Source: Clostridia bacterium
Lineage (GTDB): Bacteria; Bacillota; Dehalobacteriia; UBA4068
Reading direction: 5' to 3'
Length of the DNA: 50,563 bases
Assembly: GCA_028709615.1 (NCBI GenBank)
Contig: JAQVWQ010000001.1
Coordinates: 1 to 50,563, forward strand
The notes beneath the pieces were generated by a model. The model saw only the letters and a program-made list of their open reading frames with translations, was not told the DNA's origin and did no database searches. Numbering within the stretch: the stretch's first letter is position 1; each line of letters opens with the position of its first letter. The position numbers and the translations under genes were made by a program. Shown here piece by piece: positions 26,627 to 35,668 of this stretch.

Positions 26627-28540
26627 ATGAGCTTTAAACTTGCGGAAAATGAATATATTGCAGAAACCTATCAAGTAATTGTTGTCGGCGGAGGTCACGC
26701 AGGCTGCGAAGCGGCCGCGGCCGCCGCTCGATTGGGTGTTAATACGCTGCTTTTAACCTTAAACCCCGAATCAATAGCCTTATTGCCCTGTAACCCCTCT
26801 ATCGGCGGCGCGGCCAAAAGTGTTTTGGTACGAGAAATTGATGCCATGGGCGGTATAATGGCGCGTTTGGCCGACGAAACTCAAATTCAAATCAGAATGC
26901 TCAATACAGGCAAAGGCCCCGCGGTTCAAGCCTTAAGGGCGCAAATAGACAAGCCCTATTACAGCCGCCGTATGCATCATTTACTTGAGAGCACGCCAAA
27001 TTTGTCAATCAGGGCGGGCGAGGGTGCGCGCCTGATAATAGAAAACAACAAAGTCTGCGGTGTAGCCACGGCTGTCGGTGCGGTATTTGCCTGCGATGCC
27101 GTTATTTTAACCTGCGGCACTTATCTCAACGGCTTAATTCACATCGGCGGTTTTTCGCAGCGGTCCGGCCCCTCCGGTTACCCTGCCGCTCCGTTGATGG
27201 GGGATTATCTGCGATCTTTAGGTTTAGAAATGGGACGGTTTAAAACAGGCACGCCTGCAAGAGTCGATAAAAATACTATAGATTTCGATAAAACCGAGGT
27301 TCAGCCGGGCAGCAAGGAGTTTTTGGCTTTTTCTTATTTAACCAAAGAAGAAACCTTCCGTGCCCGCCCCTCAGTTCCCTGTTATTTGTCATATACCAAT
27401 GAGCAAACACATCAGATAATTCGCGATAACCTTCATCGCTCTCCTCTTTACAGCGGAAGGATAGAAGGAATTGGGCCGCGCTATTGCCCTTCCTTGGAGG
27501 ACAAGGTGGTTCGTTTTGCCGACCGTACGGCCCACCAGCTTTTTTTAGAGCCGGAAGGCTTAAACTCCCGAGAGATATATGTTCAAGGCATGTCCAGCAG
27601 CCTGCCCGAGGAGGTACAGGCTGCCTTTATGCACACCATTCCCGGCTTAGAGCGGGTAAAAATAATTCGTCCGGCTTATGCAATCGAGTACGATTGTCTG
27701 CAGCCGACTCAATTAAAAGCTACGCTTGAGCATAAGGAAATCAAGGGCTTTTTCTCGGCAGGACAGCTTAACGGCACCTCAGGCTATGAGGAAGCTGCGG
27801 CGCAGGGCCTTTTGGCCGGCATTAATGCCGCCGCTTCTTTGTTGGATAAAGAGCAGCTAACCTTTACCCGTGCCGATTCATATATCGGTGTGATGGTTGA
27901 CGATTTGGTAACCAAAGGAGTTAGCGAGCCTTACCGGCTTTTTACCTCTTTGGCAGAATATCGTTTGCTTTTACGGCAGGATAATGCCGATACCCGTCTG
28001 ACGGAAATTGCCGACAGCTACGGGCTGATCGACGAAGAACGCCGCCGCGCCTATTATGAAAAAAAAGAAGCTATCGAAAAAGAAAGCCGGCGGCTGCGGG
28101 ATTTCAGGCTTAACAGCAGCGCTCTGCAAGCCTTGGGTATTGATGCCAAATCAGGCCTGACTTTAGCCGAATTGCTGCGTCGCCCCGAGGCCAACTATGA
28201 GCAGGTTCTCCAGCACTACCCGCCGGATTCGCAATTATCCTCTCAGGTTAAGGAAAGCATAGAGATAACCTTAAAATATGAAGGATATATTCAAAAACAG
28301 CTTAAGCAGGTAGAGCGCTTTAAAAATCTAGAAAAAAAGAAACTGCCCGCTGATTTGGATTACCTTAATATCAAGGGGTTATCCAACGAATCAGCACAAA
28401 AGCTGGCGCGCTTTAAGCCGGATAATATCGGGCAGGCAAGCAGAATAACAGGCGTTTCCCCTGCTGACATCAATGTTCTATTGATCTATATCGAACAGCA
28501 CCGCCGAATGTTTCCCGTGAAACAAGGAGATAAGCAATGA
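26627..28540 (+). CDS. mnmG: tRNA uridine 5-carboxymethylaminomethyl modification enzyme MnmG (GidA)
   Basis: FAD motif VVGGGHAGCEAA. The ATG at 26627 follows AAGGAG. The ORF-track extension back to 26513 overlaps mnmE and is rejected. Confidence 0.94.
   Translation: MSFKLAENEYIAETYQVIVVGGGHAGCEAAAAAARLGVNTLLLTLNPESIALLPCNPSIGGAAKSVLVREIDAMGGIMARLADETQIQIRMLNTGKGPAVQALRAQIDKPYYSRRMHHLLESTPNLSIRAGEGARLIIENNKVCGVATAVGAVFACDAVILTCGTYLNGLIHIGGFSQRSGPSGYPAAPLMGDYLRSLGLEMGRFKTGTPARVDKNTIDFDKTEVQPGSKEFLAFSYLTKEETFRARPSVPCYLSYTNEQTHQIIRDNLHRSPLYSGRIEGIGPRYCPSLEDKVVRFADRTAHQLFLEPEGLNSREIYVQGMSSSLPEEVQAAFMHTIPGLERVKIIRPAYAIEYDCLQPTQLKATLEHKEIKGFFSAGQLNGTSGYEEAAAQGLLAGINAAASLLDKEQLTFTRADSYIGVMVDDLVTKGVSEPYRLFTSLAEYRLLLRQDNADTRLTEIADSYGLIDEERRRAYYEKKEAIEKESRRLRDFRLNSSALQALGIDAKSGLTLAELLRRPEANYEQVLQHYPPDSQLSSQVKESIEITLKYEGYIQKQLKQVERFKNLEKKKLPADLDYLNIKGLSNESAQKLARFKPDNIGQASRITGVSPADINVLLIYIEQHRRMFPVKQGDKQ
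28509..28524. promoter_or_regulatory. Second parS site, identical in sequence, inside the 3' end of mnmG
   Basis: The same 16-mer TGTTTCCCGTGAAACA is present. The shared flank makes an 18-nt exact repeat, AATGTTTCCCGTGAAACA, followed by an AAGGAG RBS at both sites. Confidence 0.75.
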
Positions 28541-29232
28541 CCGCGTTTCAACAAATACTGAAAGATTATGCTCCCTATTTAAGCGCTGAGCAAGTCGGTC
28601 TTTTAAAAGAGCATTGGCGTTTGGTTGAAGAGGGTGCAAAAATAATGAATTTAACCGCTATCCGCGATGAAGAAGCGGCCGCCGTTAAGCATTATCTGGA
28701 CAGCCTGCTGGTACTGCCCTATTTACAAGGCACAAGCTGTTTGGATATCGGCAGCGGCGCAGGCTTTCCCGGTATGCCGCTGGCGTTGCTGCGACCGGAA
28801 ATTAAATTTGTTCTGCTTGACTCTACGGGTAAAAAATGCCGCTTTGTCAGTGATTGCGCCCACGCTCTGAATTTAACAAATGTTACGGTTTATCAGGGAC
28901 GGGCAGAAGAAGCTGCCCGGCAAAAGCAACTGCGCGCCGCCTTCGATACGGTTACGGCGCGTGCCGTTGCTTCTTTGCCTACTTTGCTAGAATATGCCCT
29001 GCCGTTTTTAAAAACAGGCGGCCTATTTATTGCCATGAAAGGGCCGGCGCTGCAAGCTGAGCTGGCACAAAGCAAAGATGCACTTTTTGAGTTAAAAGCC
29101 CAAATAGAGCAGGTTTTGCCAAAAGAGCTGCCGGGGGGAGAACGCCGTTTGCTGGCACTTATTCGCAAAACAGGTCAAACGCCGCAAAAATATCCCCGCT
29201 CGGTCGGAAAACCGGAAAAAATGCCGCTGTAA
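28537..29232 (+). CDS. rsmG: 16S rRNA (guanine527-N7)-methyltransferase RsmG (GidB)
   Basis: SAM-binding motif DIGSGAGFPG. It has a 4-nt ATGA overlap with mnmG. Length is 231 aa. Confidence 0.92.
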   Translation: MTAFQQILKDYAPYLSAEQVGLLKEHWRLVEEGAKIMNLTAIRDEEAAAVKHYLDSLLVLPYLQGTSCLDIGSGAGFPGMPLALLRPEIKFVLLDSTGKKCRFVSDCAHALNLTNVTVYQGRAEEAARQKQLRAAFDTVTARAVASLPTLLEYALPFLKTGGLFIAMKGPALQAELAQSKDALFELKAQIEQVLPKELPGGERRLLALIRKTGQTPQKYPRSVGKPEKMPL

Positions 29233-29294
29233 AGAGGAACAAGCGGTTTATTGTTGAATTTTATAAGCATTATCTCAAAACGGTGGTGGATTTT

Positions 29295-30059
29295 TTGTCA
29301 AAAGTAATTGCTATGGTCAACCAAAAAGGCGGTGTGGCCAAAACAACCTCAGCAATCAATCTTTGTGCCTATCTTGCCGACCTGGGTAAAAAAACTCTGC
29401 TGATCGATTGCGACCCCCAAAGCAATGCGACCAGTGGCTTAGGGATTGATCGTAAGGATTTACAAAACAGCGTTTATGATGTCCTTGTCAACGGTATCTC
29501 ACCTGAGGAGACAGTTTGCCATACGGATTTTAAGGGGTTGGATATTCTGCCCTCGACTATTTCTTTGGCAGGTGCGGAAATAGAGCTTGTTTCGGTTGTC
29601 GCCCGCGAAACGCGCCTTAAGCGAGCGCTGCGCGGTTTTCGCGATAATTATGATTTCATTATTATTGACTGTCCGCCTTCTTTGGGCTTACTTACTCTAA
29701 ATGCGCTGACCGTTGCCGACAGTATGATAATACCTCTTCAATGCGAATATTACGCGTTAGAAGGTTTAAGCCAGCTCATGAAGACCTTTGAGCTTGTTAA
29801 GCGCCACCTAAATCCTGATTTGCGTTTAGAAGGCATCTTGCTGACGATGTTTGATCCGCGCACAAACTTATCATTACAGGTAGCCGAGGAGGCCCGCTCA
29901 TATTTTGGTGATGCTGTCTTTTCCTCCATCATACCCCGTTCTGTTCGTCTTTCCGAGGCTCCCAGCCACGGTTTGCCGATTTTATACTACGATCCCAAAA
30001 GCAAAGGGGCGGAACTGTACTGCCGCTTAGCACAGGAATTAATTGAACGCAACAGCTGA
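29295..30059 (+). CDS. soj: Chromosome partitioning ATPase ParA/Soj
   Basis: Deviant Walker A NQKGGVAKTT. The ORF track starts at GTG 29283. The TTG at 29295 after GGTGGTGGA gives a canonical MSKVIAMVNQKGG N-terminus. Confidence 0.92.
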   Translation: MSKVIAMVNQKGGVAKTTSAINLCAYLADLGKKTLLIDCDPQSNATSGLGIDRKDLQNSVYDVLVNGISPEETVCHTDFKGLDILPSTISLAGAEIELVSVVARETRLKRALRGFRDNYDFIIIDCPPSLGLLTLNALTVADSMIIPLQCEYYALEGLSQLMKTFELVKRHLNPDLRLEGILLTMFDPRTNLSLQVAEEARSYFGDAVFSSIIPRSVRLSEAPSHGLPILYYDPKSKGAELYCRLAQELIERNS

Positions 30060-30074
30060 TAACGGAGGGTAAAA

Positions 30075-30953
30075 ATGAATAAAAAGGCAAAAGGATTAGG
30101 CAAAGGGTTAGGCGCGCTGCTGCCGGATGCACCGATATATAAAGAAGAAGCCGGCGAAAAAATTATTTTGGTGGCCTTAAATAAAATTACGGCCAACGAA
30201 GAACAGCCTCGAAAAAACTTTGATGAAGAAAAACTGTCTGAGCTGGCGCAATCGATAAAAGAACACGGACTGGTTCAGCCCGTTTTGCTTTTTGAGCAAG
30301 CTCCGGGCCAATATCGTATTATCGCAGGCGAGCGCCGTTTTCGCGCCGCCCGTCTGGCGGGCCTTAAGCAAATACCGTCCATTATCCGCGATCTGGCCGA
30401 AAACGAGGCCGAAGAAATAGCTTTAATCGAAAACATCCAGCGCGAGGATTTAAATGCCTTTGAAGAGGCCTCGGCTTTAGCCCGCCTGCAGGAAAAAGGC
30501 GGTTATACCCAAGAGGTTTTGGCAGAAAAGATTGGCAAAAGCCGACCTTATGTGGCTAATGCTTTGCGGCTGTTGACTTTAGATAAAGAAATTTTATCAA
30601 TGCTGGCCGCGGGTAAAATTTCCGGCGGTCACGGTAAAGCCTTGCTTATGGTCAAATCGCCTGTCAATCGCCAAGCGCTGGCTAAAAAAATCTGCCTGGA
30701 AGGCCTTTCCGTTCGCGCTGCCGAAGAGCTGGCCAAGGCTTATAATAATGAGGTTGAAAAACCCGTTAAAAAACTAAGGCTCGCTCACCAAAATCCCGTT
30801 TTGGCAAATGTCGAAAAACGCCTTCAGCATAAGCTGGGCACAAAGGTTAAAATCGAAAGCAAGGGCAAGGGCGGTATCCTCAAGGTGGATTTTTATTCCC
30901 AGGATGATCTGCAGCGCCTGTTGGATATGCTTTTGCCAAACGAAGAATTTTAA
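30075..30953 (+). CDS. spo0J: Chromosome partitioning protein ParB/Spo0J
   Basis: ParB box GERRFRAA, an HTH (QEVLAEKIGKSRPYVANALRLL) and a C-terminal dimerisation domain. Length is 292 aa. Confidence 0.93.
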   Translation: MNKKAKGLGKGLGALLPDAPIYKEEAGEKIILVALNKITANEEQPRKNFDEEKLSELAQSIKEHGLVQPVLLFEQAPGQYRIIAGERRFRAARLAGLKQIPSIIRDLAENEAEEIALIENIQREDLNAFEEASALARLQEKGGYTQEVLAEKIGKSRPYVANALRLLTLDKEILSMLAAGKISGGHGKALLMVKSPVNRQALAKKICLEGLSVRAAEELAKAYNNEVEKPVKKLRLAHQNPVLANVEKRLQHKLGTKVKIESKGKGGILKVDFYSQDDLQRLLDMLLPNEEF

Positions 30954-31040
30954 TTTTTTATCGGCTAAAAAATATTTTACAACTGTTTAAGGCTTTTTTC
31001 TTTCAGTTTGTCAGCGTGCAGACCTTTGTTTACACGCTCA

Positions 31041-31066
31041 GGCTCCCTTCGGGAGCCTTTTTTGTG
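31041..31066 (+). terminator. Rho-independent terminator after spo0J
   Basis: ggctccc-ttcg-gggagcc followed by TTTTTT. Confidence 0.8.
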
Positions 31067-31125
31067 CACTTTTTTAAAAATAATGCATAAAATAGCCGTA
31101 CAATAACAAATATTTAGGTGATTTT

Positions 31126-32277
31126 ATGATCTTTTTAGATAATGCGGCGGGCAGTTACCCCAAACCCCAACAGGTTGTTCAGGCAATGGGGCGGGCGCTT
31201 GAGGATTATGGCGCAAACCCGGGACGAGGCGGCTATGAGCTGTCGTTGCGAGCGTCAAGAGCCGTTTATCAGGCCAGGGAAAAAGCGGCAGAGTTTTTCG
31301 GTTGCCCCAATCCCGAGCGGCTGATTTTTACCTCGGGAGCCACCGAAAGCTTAAATATTGCTTTGTTCGGTTACTTAAAAAAAGGCGATCATGTTATATA
31401 TTCGGGTATGGAGCATAATGCTCTGTGGCGTCCCTTAATGCGCTTGGTTGAGCTAGGAACGATAACGGCAACCTGTGTTAAGGCGGATCGTTACGGCTAT
31501 GTTCATATCAGCGATTTTCAAGCCGCTATCCGGCCGCAAACGGCCTTGATTTGCTGTTTGCATGCCAGTAATGTAACAGGCTGCGTACAGCCCTTGGGGC
31601 AACTGGGAATAATTGCGGCTTCTCACAAAATTCCTCTTTTAACCGATGTAGCTCAAAGTGCCGGCTTGCTGCCTATTTCCGTAGCCGACGGTCATATTGC
31701 TCTCTTGGCCTTTGCCGGGCACAAGGGGCTTTACGGGCCTTCCGGTATCGGCGGTCTTTATGTCGATGAAAAAATTGAGCTGCAGCCGCTTATTTACGGC
31801 GGCACCGGCAGCAACTCCGATCAGTGGCAACAGCCCGATTATTATCCCGACAGACTGGAAAGCGGCACAGCTAATTTTGCCGGTATTATTGGGCTCTCAA
31901 CAGCGCTGGATTTTGTAAACGAATGCGGCATTGACAGTCTTTTTGCAAGAGCAGATTCTTTGTGCAATCGTTTTATTGAGGGTGCGGGCAATATCAAGGG
32001 CATTACTTTATATTTGCCGCGCTGGCAATGCCGTCGTCTGCCGGTAGTCAGCTTAAACATAAAAGGGCTTGACAGTGCGGAGGCCGCGGCTGCTTTAGAC
32101 GAGGAATACGGTATTGCCGTGCGCTCCGGTTTGCATTGCTCCCCCTTGGCACACAAAAGCATAGGCACAGAGTCCTTGGGAGGCGCTCTGCGTTTTTCTT
32201 TTGGCTGTTTTAATACAGAAAATCAAGTAGAGCGGGTCTTGCTGTCTTTGCGTTCTTTAGCGGACGCGCAAAAATAA
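31126..32277 (+). CDS. Class V aminotransferase / cysteine desulfurase family protein
   Basis: PLP-lysine context FAGHKGLYGPSGIGGLY and the active-site Cys loop RSGLHCSP. Length is 383 aa. Confidence 0.8.
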   Translation: MIFLDNAAGSYPKPQQVVQAMGRALEDYGANPGRGGYELSLRASRAVYQAREKAAEFFGCPNPERLIFTSGATESLNIALFGYLKKGDHVIYSGMEHNALWRPLMRLVELGTITATCVKADRYGYVHISDFQAAIRPQTALICCLHASNVTGCVQPLGQLGIIAASHKIPLLTDVAQSAGLLPISVADGHIALLAFAGHKGLYGPSGIGGLYVDEKIELQPLIYGGTGSNSDQWQQPDYYPDRLESGTANFAGIIGLSTALDFVNECGIDSLFARADSLCNRFIEGAGNIKGITLYLPRWQCRRLPVVSLNIKGLDSAEAAAALDEEYGIAVRSGLHCSPLAHKSIGTESLGGALRFSFGCFNTENQVERVLLSLRSLADAQK

Positions 32278-32364
32278 TAACAGCGTCCAAGTTGCGCGGG
32301 CATAAAAGCTGCATATATTGGCAAAAGCAGAAGGTGTTGATAAGATGTATTAAGGAGGGAGAAA

Positions 32365-33378
32365 ATGGAAGAATTATTTATCAATTTAGAAAGAACCGTC
32401 TTTTTACCAAAAGGCTCCCCGGGTGTTTTTGCCGTCAACGAAATAAGCGCCAAAATTTGCGATTTTCAACTTGAGGAGCGGGCTCAAAACCTGTATTGTC
32501 AGGGCGAGCTGGAAATAACCGTTGACTATTTAGCAGTAACAGCAAAAGAAATGCAACCGCAAGGGATGTTGTTCGTCTCTGAACCCCGTAGGGAAGAAAA
32601 TAATCCGTGGCAGGCGCAAATCGCTCTTCCGTTTGAATTTGAGCAGGAAGCCCGCTTGCTGTGTGCTTCCGCCTGTCAGCTTACGGTTAAAGAATGTCAT
32701 TGGTTCGTTGTCGCACCGCGTGCTATCGAATTGACAGTTGATTTGGTCTTAAGCAATCCCCTACAGACAGCAGATGACGATGCTGATGAGGAGCTGCCCG
32801 TTGGTTTTATTTTGGGCGGAAAAAAAGGGCGTGATTTATCCTTAATTTTAAAAAAGGAATTGTCGGCCGAGATCAACACAAGCAGCTATCACGAGAAAAT
32901 GCTAAAAGCAGAAACAGCGGCCGAGCAAGTGTCCGCAACTCCCAACGACTGGCAGATTATTACAAAGGAGGATACCCCCATGGAAACAGGCATAAAGCAA
33001 AAGGAGCAAACGGTGCAAGTGCTGCGGGAGGCCGCAAAAGTGCCGCCTGTTACAGAGCTAATAGCCAAAGAAGAGCCAAAACCATGTCCAATAGTTAAAG
33101 AAGAGCCCTTGCCCGAGCCGCCGCCGCGGATTGAAAAGCAGGTAAAATTACAGGCAGAGATTAAGGCCCGCTTATCGGCGCAGTTCAGCGCAGGTATTCG
33201 CCTGGCGGGCAAGGCGGTCAATAACAGCTGGCAATTGAGCTTATATCGTGTTCGTGAGGATGAAACCCCCGCGGAAATCGCACTTAAAAAAGGTATAAGT
33301 CTTAATGCCTTACAAAAACGAAACGGTTTATGTGATGGTGAAAAACCGGCTGCCGGATGTTATTTATTCCTGCCTTAA
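32365..33378 (+). CDS. LysM-domain protein with an N-terminal SPOCS/DUF3794-like region (possible SpoVID/SipL-type spore coat morphogenetic protein)
   Basis: C-terminal LysM (YRVREDETPAEIALKKGISLNALQKRNGL), a central charged Pro/Glu/Lys linker and an N-terminal beta-rich segment. The domain assignment is by eye only. Confidence 0.5.
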   Translation: MEELFINLERTVFLPKGSPGVFAVNEISAKICDFQLEERAQNLYCQGELEITVDYLAVTAKEMQPQGMLFVSEPRREENNPWQAQIALPFEFEQEARLLCASACQLTVKECHWFVVAPRAIELTVDLVLSNPLQTADDDADEELPVGFILGGKKGRDLSLILKKELSAEINTSSYHEKMLKAETAAEQVSATPNDWQIITKEDTPMETGIKQKEQTVQVLREAAKVPPVTELIAKEEPKPCPIVKEEPLPEPPPRIEKQVKLQAEIKARLSAQFSAGIRLAGKAVNNSWQLSLYRVREDETPAEIALKKGISLNALQKRNGLCDGEKPAAGCYLFLP

Positions 33379-33388
33379 TAGTTCTGCA

Positions 33389-33434
33389 ACACAAGCTAAG
33401 GAGCGTGCCGGCCGGCACGCTCCTTAGCTTGTGT
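33389..33434. repeat. 46-bp perfect palindrome (23-bp arms, no loop) between convergent genes
   Basis: ACACAAGCTAAGGAGCGTGCCGG|CCGGCACGCTCCTTAGCTTGTGT. It begins 10 nt after the LysM gene stop and has no flanking T- or A-tracts. Confidence 0.9.
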
Positions 33435-33476
33435 AAACTGTAGATATTATTGTTTACAACTATTTAATACACAGAC

Positions 33477-34028
33477 TTATTCACAATTTATCCCCAGCTT
33501 GCTAATGAGTATGCGGCTGATTTTCCAAGCGGTCAAGCCTAAAAAAGCACCTAGGGCAATCCCGGCCAAAATATCCGTCGGATAGTGTACAAGCAAATAA
33601 AAACGAGAAAAGGCAATTAAAAAAGCTACAAACAGAGCCGTTGCGCCTAATTTGCGATTTGCGCAAAAAACAACCGTAGCTGCGGCAAAAGCGTGCAAAC
33701 TGTGTCCGGAGGGAAAAGATGCGTCGGTCGGCGCGTTAATCAAAAGAAAAACACCCGTGTTTATTTCAAACGGCCGCGGGCGGTCGATTAGCGGCTTTAA
33801 GCATAAATTACCTAATAAAAAACAAAAAATAATCGCTAAAAATATTGCTAAAGAGCAACGCCTGTAAGCAGGAAAGAAAAGCATTGTTGCGGCAACAGTC
33901 AGCCATAAAAGCGAATAATTGCCCAAAGCTGTCAATAAGGGCAGTATTTTATTTAAAAAAGCGCATTCTATTAGCGACTGCCAGTTAAGTAAAAGCTCAA
34001 CTTCCGTTAACGAAAAATCATATAGCAC
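33477..34028 (-). CDS. PAP2-family phosphatase (undecaprenyl-diphosphatase BcrC-like)
   Basis: The three PAP2 motifs are present: KPLIDRPRP, PSGHS and SRFYLLVHYPTD. It is a multi-TM protein of 183 aa. Confidence 0.82.
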   Translation of the reverse strand: MLYDFSLTEVELLLNWQSLIECAFLNKILPLLTALGNYSLLWLTVAATMLFFPAYRRCSLAIFLAIIFCFLLGNLCLKPLIDRPRPFEINTGVFLLINAPTDASFPSGHSLHAFAAATVVFCANRKLGATALFVAFLIAFSRFYLLVHYPTDILAGIALGAFLGLTAWKISRILISKLGINCE

Positions 34029-34031
34029 GGT

Positions 34032-34388
34032 TTAACTCCTTGGTTTGCCGATTATCAGTGATAAAAATACGCTGATAATGCTGATAATTATCGCTCCAAA
34101 AAAGGCCGCCGCAAAGCTGCTTACCTCAAAGCCCGGGACGATCCAGGCAGCTAGCTCTAGCATCAGGGCATTAATAAATAAGGTTAAAAGGCCCAGAGTC
34201 AGCACATTAAAGGGCAAGGTCAAAACCAGTAAAACAGGGCGGATAACAGAATTAATCAAGCCTAAAATCAAGGCTGCCAGCAGCATAGAAAAAGTATCGA
34301 CTGCCGTAATGCCGGTAAAGAGCCTGACAACAATAACAATACCGATTGCGTTAACCAAAAACCGCCAAAAAAACATTTTTCTATTCAT
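34032..34388 (-). CDS. DUF360 / phage-holin-4 fold membrane protein (YvlD-like)
   Basis: 118 aa with 4 TM helices and the conserved LNSVIRPVLLVLTLPFNVLTLGLLTLFINALML stretch. It lies 3 nt upstream of the PAP2 gene. Confidence 0.7.
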   Translation of the reverse strand: MNRKMFFWRFLVNAIGIVIVVRLFTGITAVDTFSMLLAALILGLINSVIRPVLLVLTLPFNVLTLGLLTLFINALMLELAAWIVPGFEVSSFAAAFFGAIIISIISVFLSLIIGKPRS

Positions 34389-34525
34389 AAAATCAGCCTC
34401 CTTTAGGGTATATTATTATTCTAGCCATAAAAGGCATATCCTTTTCATAAAAGACGGTTGTTTTTTTGGCATAAATTAGGTACAATATATTAAATATATA
34501 TCTTTAAGGAGCAAAGGAGCAAAAA

Positions 34526-35653
34526 ATGACGAATTCCAATATTAAAGAGTTAGCCAACCAGTTGATTTATTATTCCTGTGATCTTAAACGCGGAGAAAAA
34601 ATTTTAATTAATGTGATCGGCGAGGCCGAGGAACTGGCCGGCGAATTGGTAAAAACGGCTTACCAAGCGGGGGCCATACCTTTTTTGCACATAGAAAATA
34701 CTAAGATTGAGCGGCAGTGGCTGCTGGGCTGCACGACCGAGCAATTAAATATGGAGGCGTCTTGGCAGCTGGCACGCATGAAACAAATGGATGCCTATAT
34801 CGGCCTACGCGCGCGCGGCAATGCTTACGAAATGTCCGATGTGCCGCTTGATAAAATTGAGCTTTACGAAAAGCTCTTAAGCGAGCCCGTTCATCATGGC
34901 GTGCGTGTGCCTCATACCAAATGGGTGGTATTGCGCTATCCCAACGACACTATGGCTCAAGAGGCCAGAATGTCCACCGAAGCCTTTGCCGAAATGTATT
35001 ACAAGGTATGCAATTTGGATTATCGTCAGCTTTCTGCGGCAATGACTCCCTTAGCGGAGCTGATGGAAGCCACCGATAAGGTAGAGATTTTTGCTCCCGG
35101 TACAGAGCTGTATTTTAGTATTAAGGATATCCCGGCTATTAAGTGCGACGGCCGCTGCAATATCCCCGACGGAGAGGTTTACACTGCCCCCATTCGTGAT
35201 TCTGTCGAAGGGCGGATCTCCTATAATATTCCCTCTGTTCACCAGGGCATATCCTTCGAGAATGTTGTTTTAGAATTTGAGCGCGGCAAAATCGTCAAAG
35301 CTACGGCAGGCAGCAAAACAGAGTCCATTAACAAGGTTTTCGATATCGACGAAGGTGCGCGCTATATCGGCGAATTTGCTTTGGGCTTAAATCCTTTTGT
35401 TACTACGGCAGTCAATGATATTTTGTTCGATGAAAAGATTTGCGGTAGCTTCCATTTTACACCGGGGGCCTGCTACGACAATGCTTACAATGGTAATAAA
35501 AGTGCTTTACACTGGGATTTAGTCAATGTTCTTCGCAAAGAGGCCGGTGGTGGTGAAATTCGCTTTGACGGAAAAACCATTCAAAAAGACGGTATTTTCA
35601 TTTTACCTCAGTTGGCGGGGCTAAACCCCGAAAACTTTACCGAAAAGCTTTAA
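34526..35653 (+). CDS. M29-family aminopeptidase (AmpS/PepS-like)
   Basis: 375 aa. Its length and conserved blocks (..IPDGEVYTAP.., ..GEFALGLNP.., ..HFTPG..) fit the thermophilic metalloprotease M29 family. Confidence 0.75.
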   Translation: MTNSNIKELANQLIYYSCDLKRGEKILINVIGEAEELAGELVKTAYQAGAIPFLHIENTKIERQWLLGCTTEQLNMEASWQLARMKQMDAYIGLRARGNAYEMSDVPLDKIELYEKLLSEPVHHGVRVPHTKWVVLRYPNDTMAQEARMSTEAFAEMYYKVCNLDYRQLSAAMTPLAELMEATDKVEIFAPGTELYFSIKDIPAIKCDGRCNIPDGEVYTAPIRDSVEGRISYNIPSVHQGISFENVVLEFERGKIVKATAGSKTESINKVFDIDEGARYIGEFALGLNPFVTTAVNDILFDEKICGSFHFTPGACYDNAYNGNKSALHWDLVNVLRKEAGGGEIRFDGKTIQKDGIFILPQLAGLNPENFTEKL

Positions 35654-35668
35654 GAAGGGAGAGTAACA

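Noticed and set aside
34032-34388. Phage holin family gene as a sign of a prophage or lysis cassette
   Set aside because: No endolysin, capsid, terminase, integrase or att-like repeats are nearby. DUF360/YvlD-type proteins are common chromosomal membrane proteins, and here it is simply paired with a PAP2 phosphatase.
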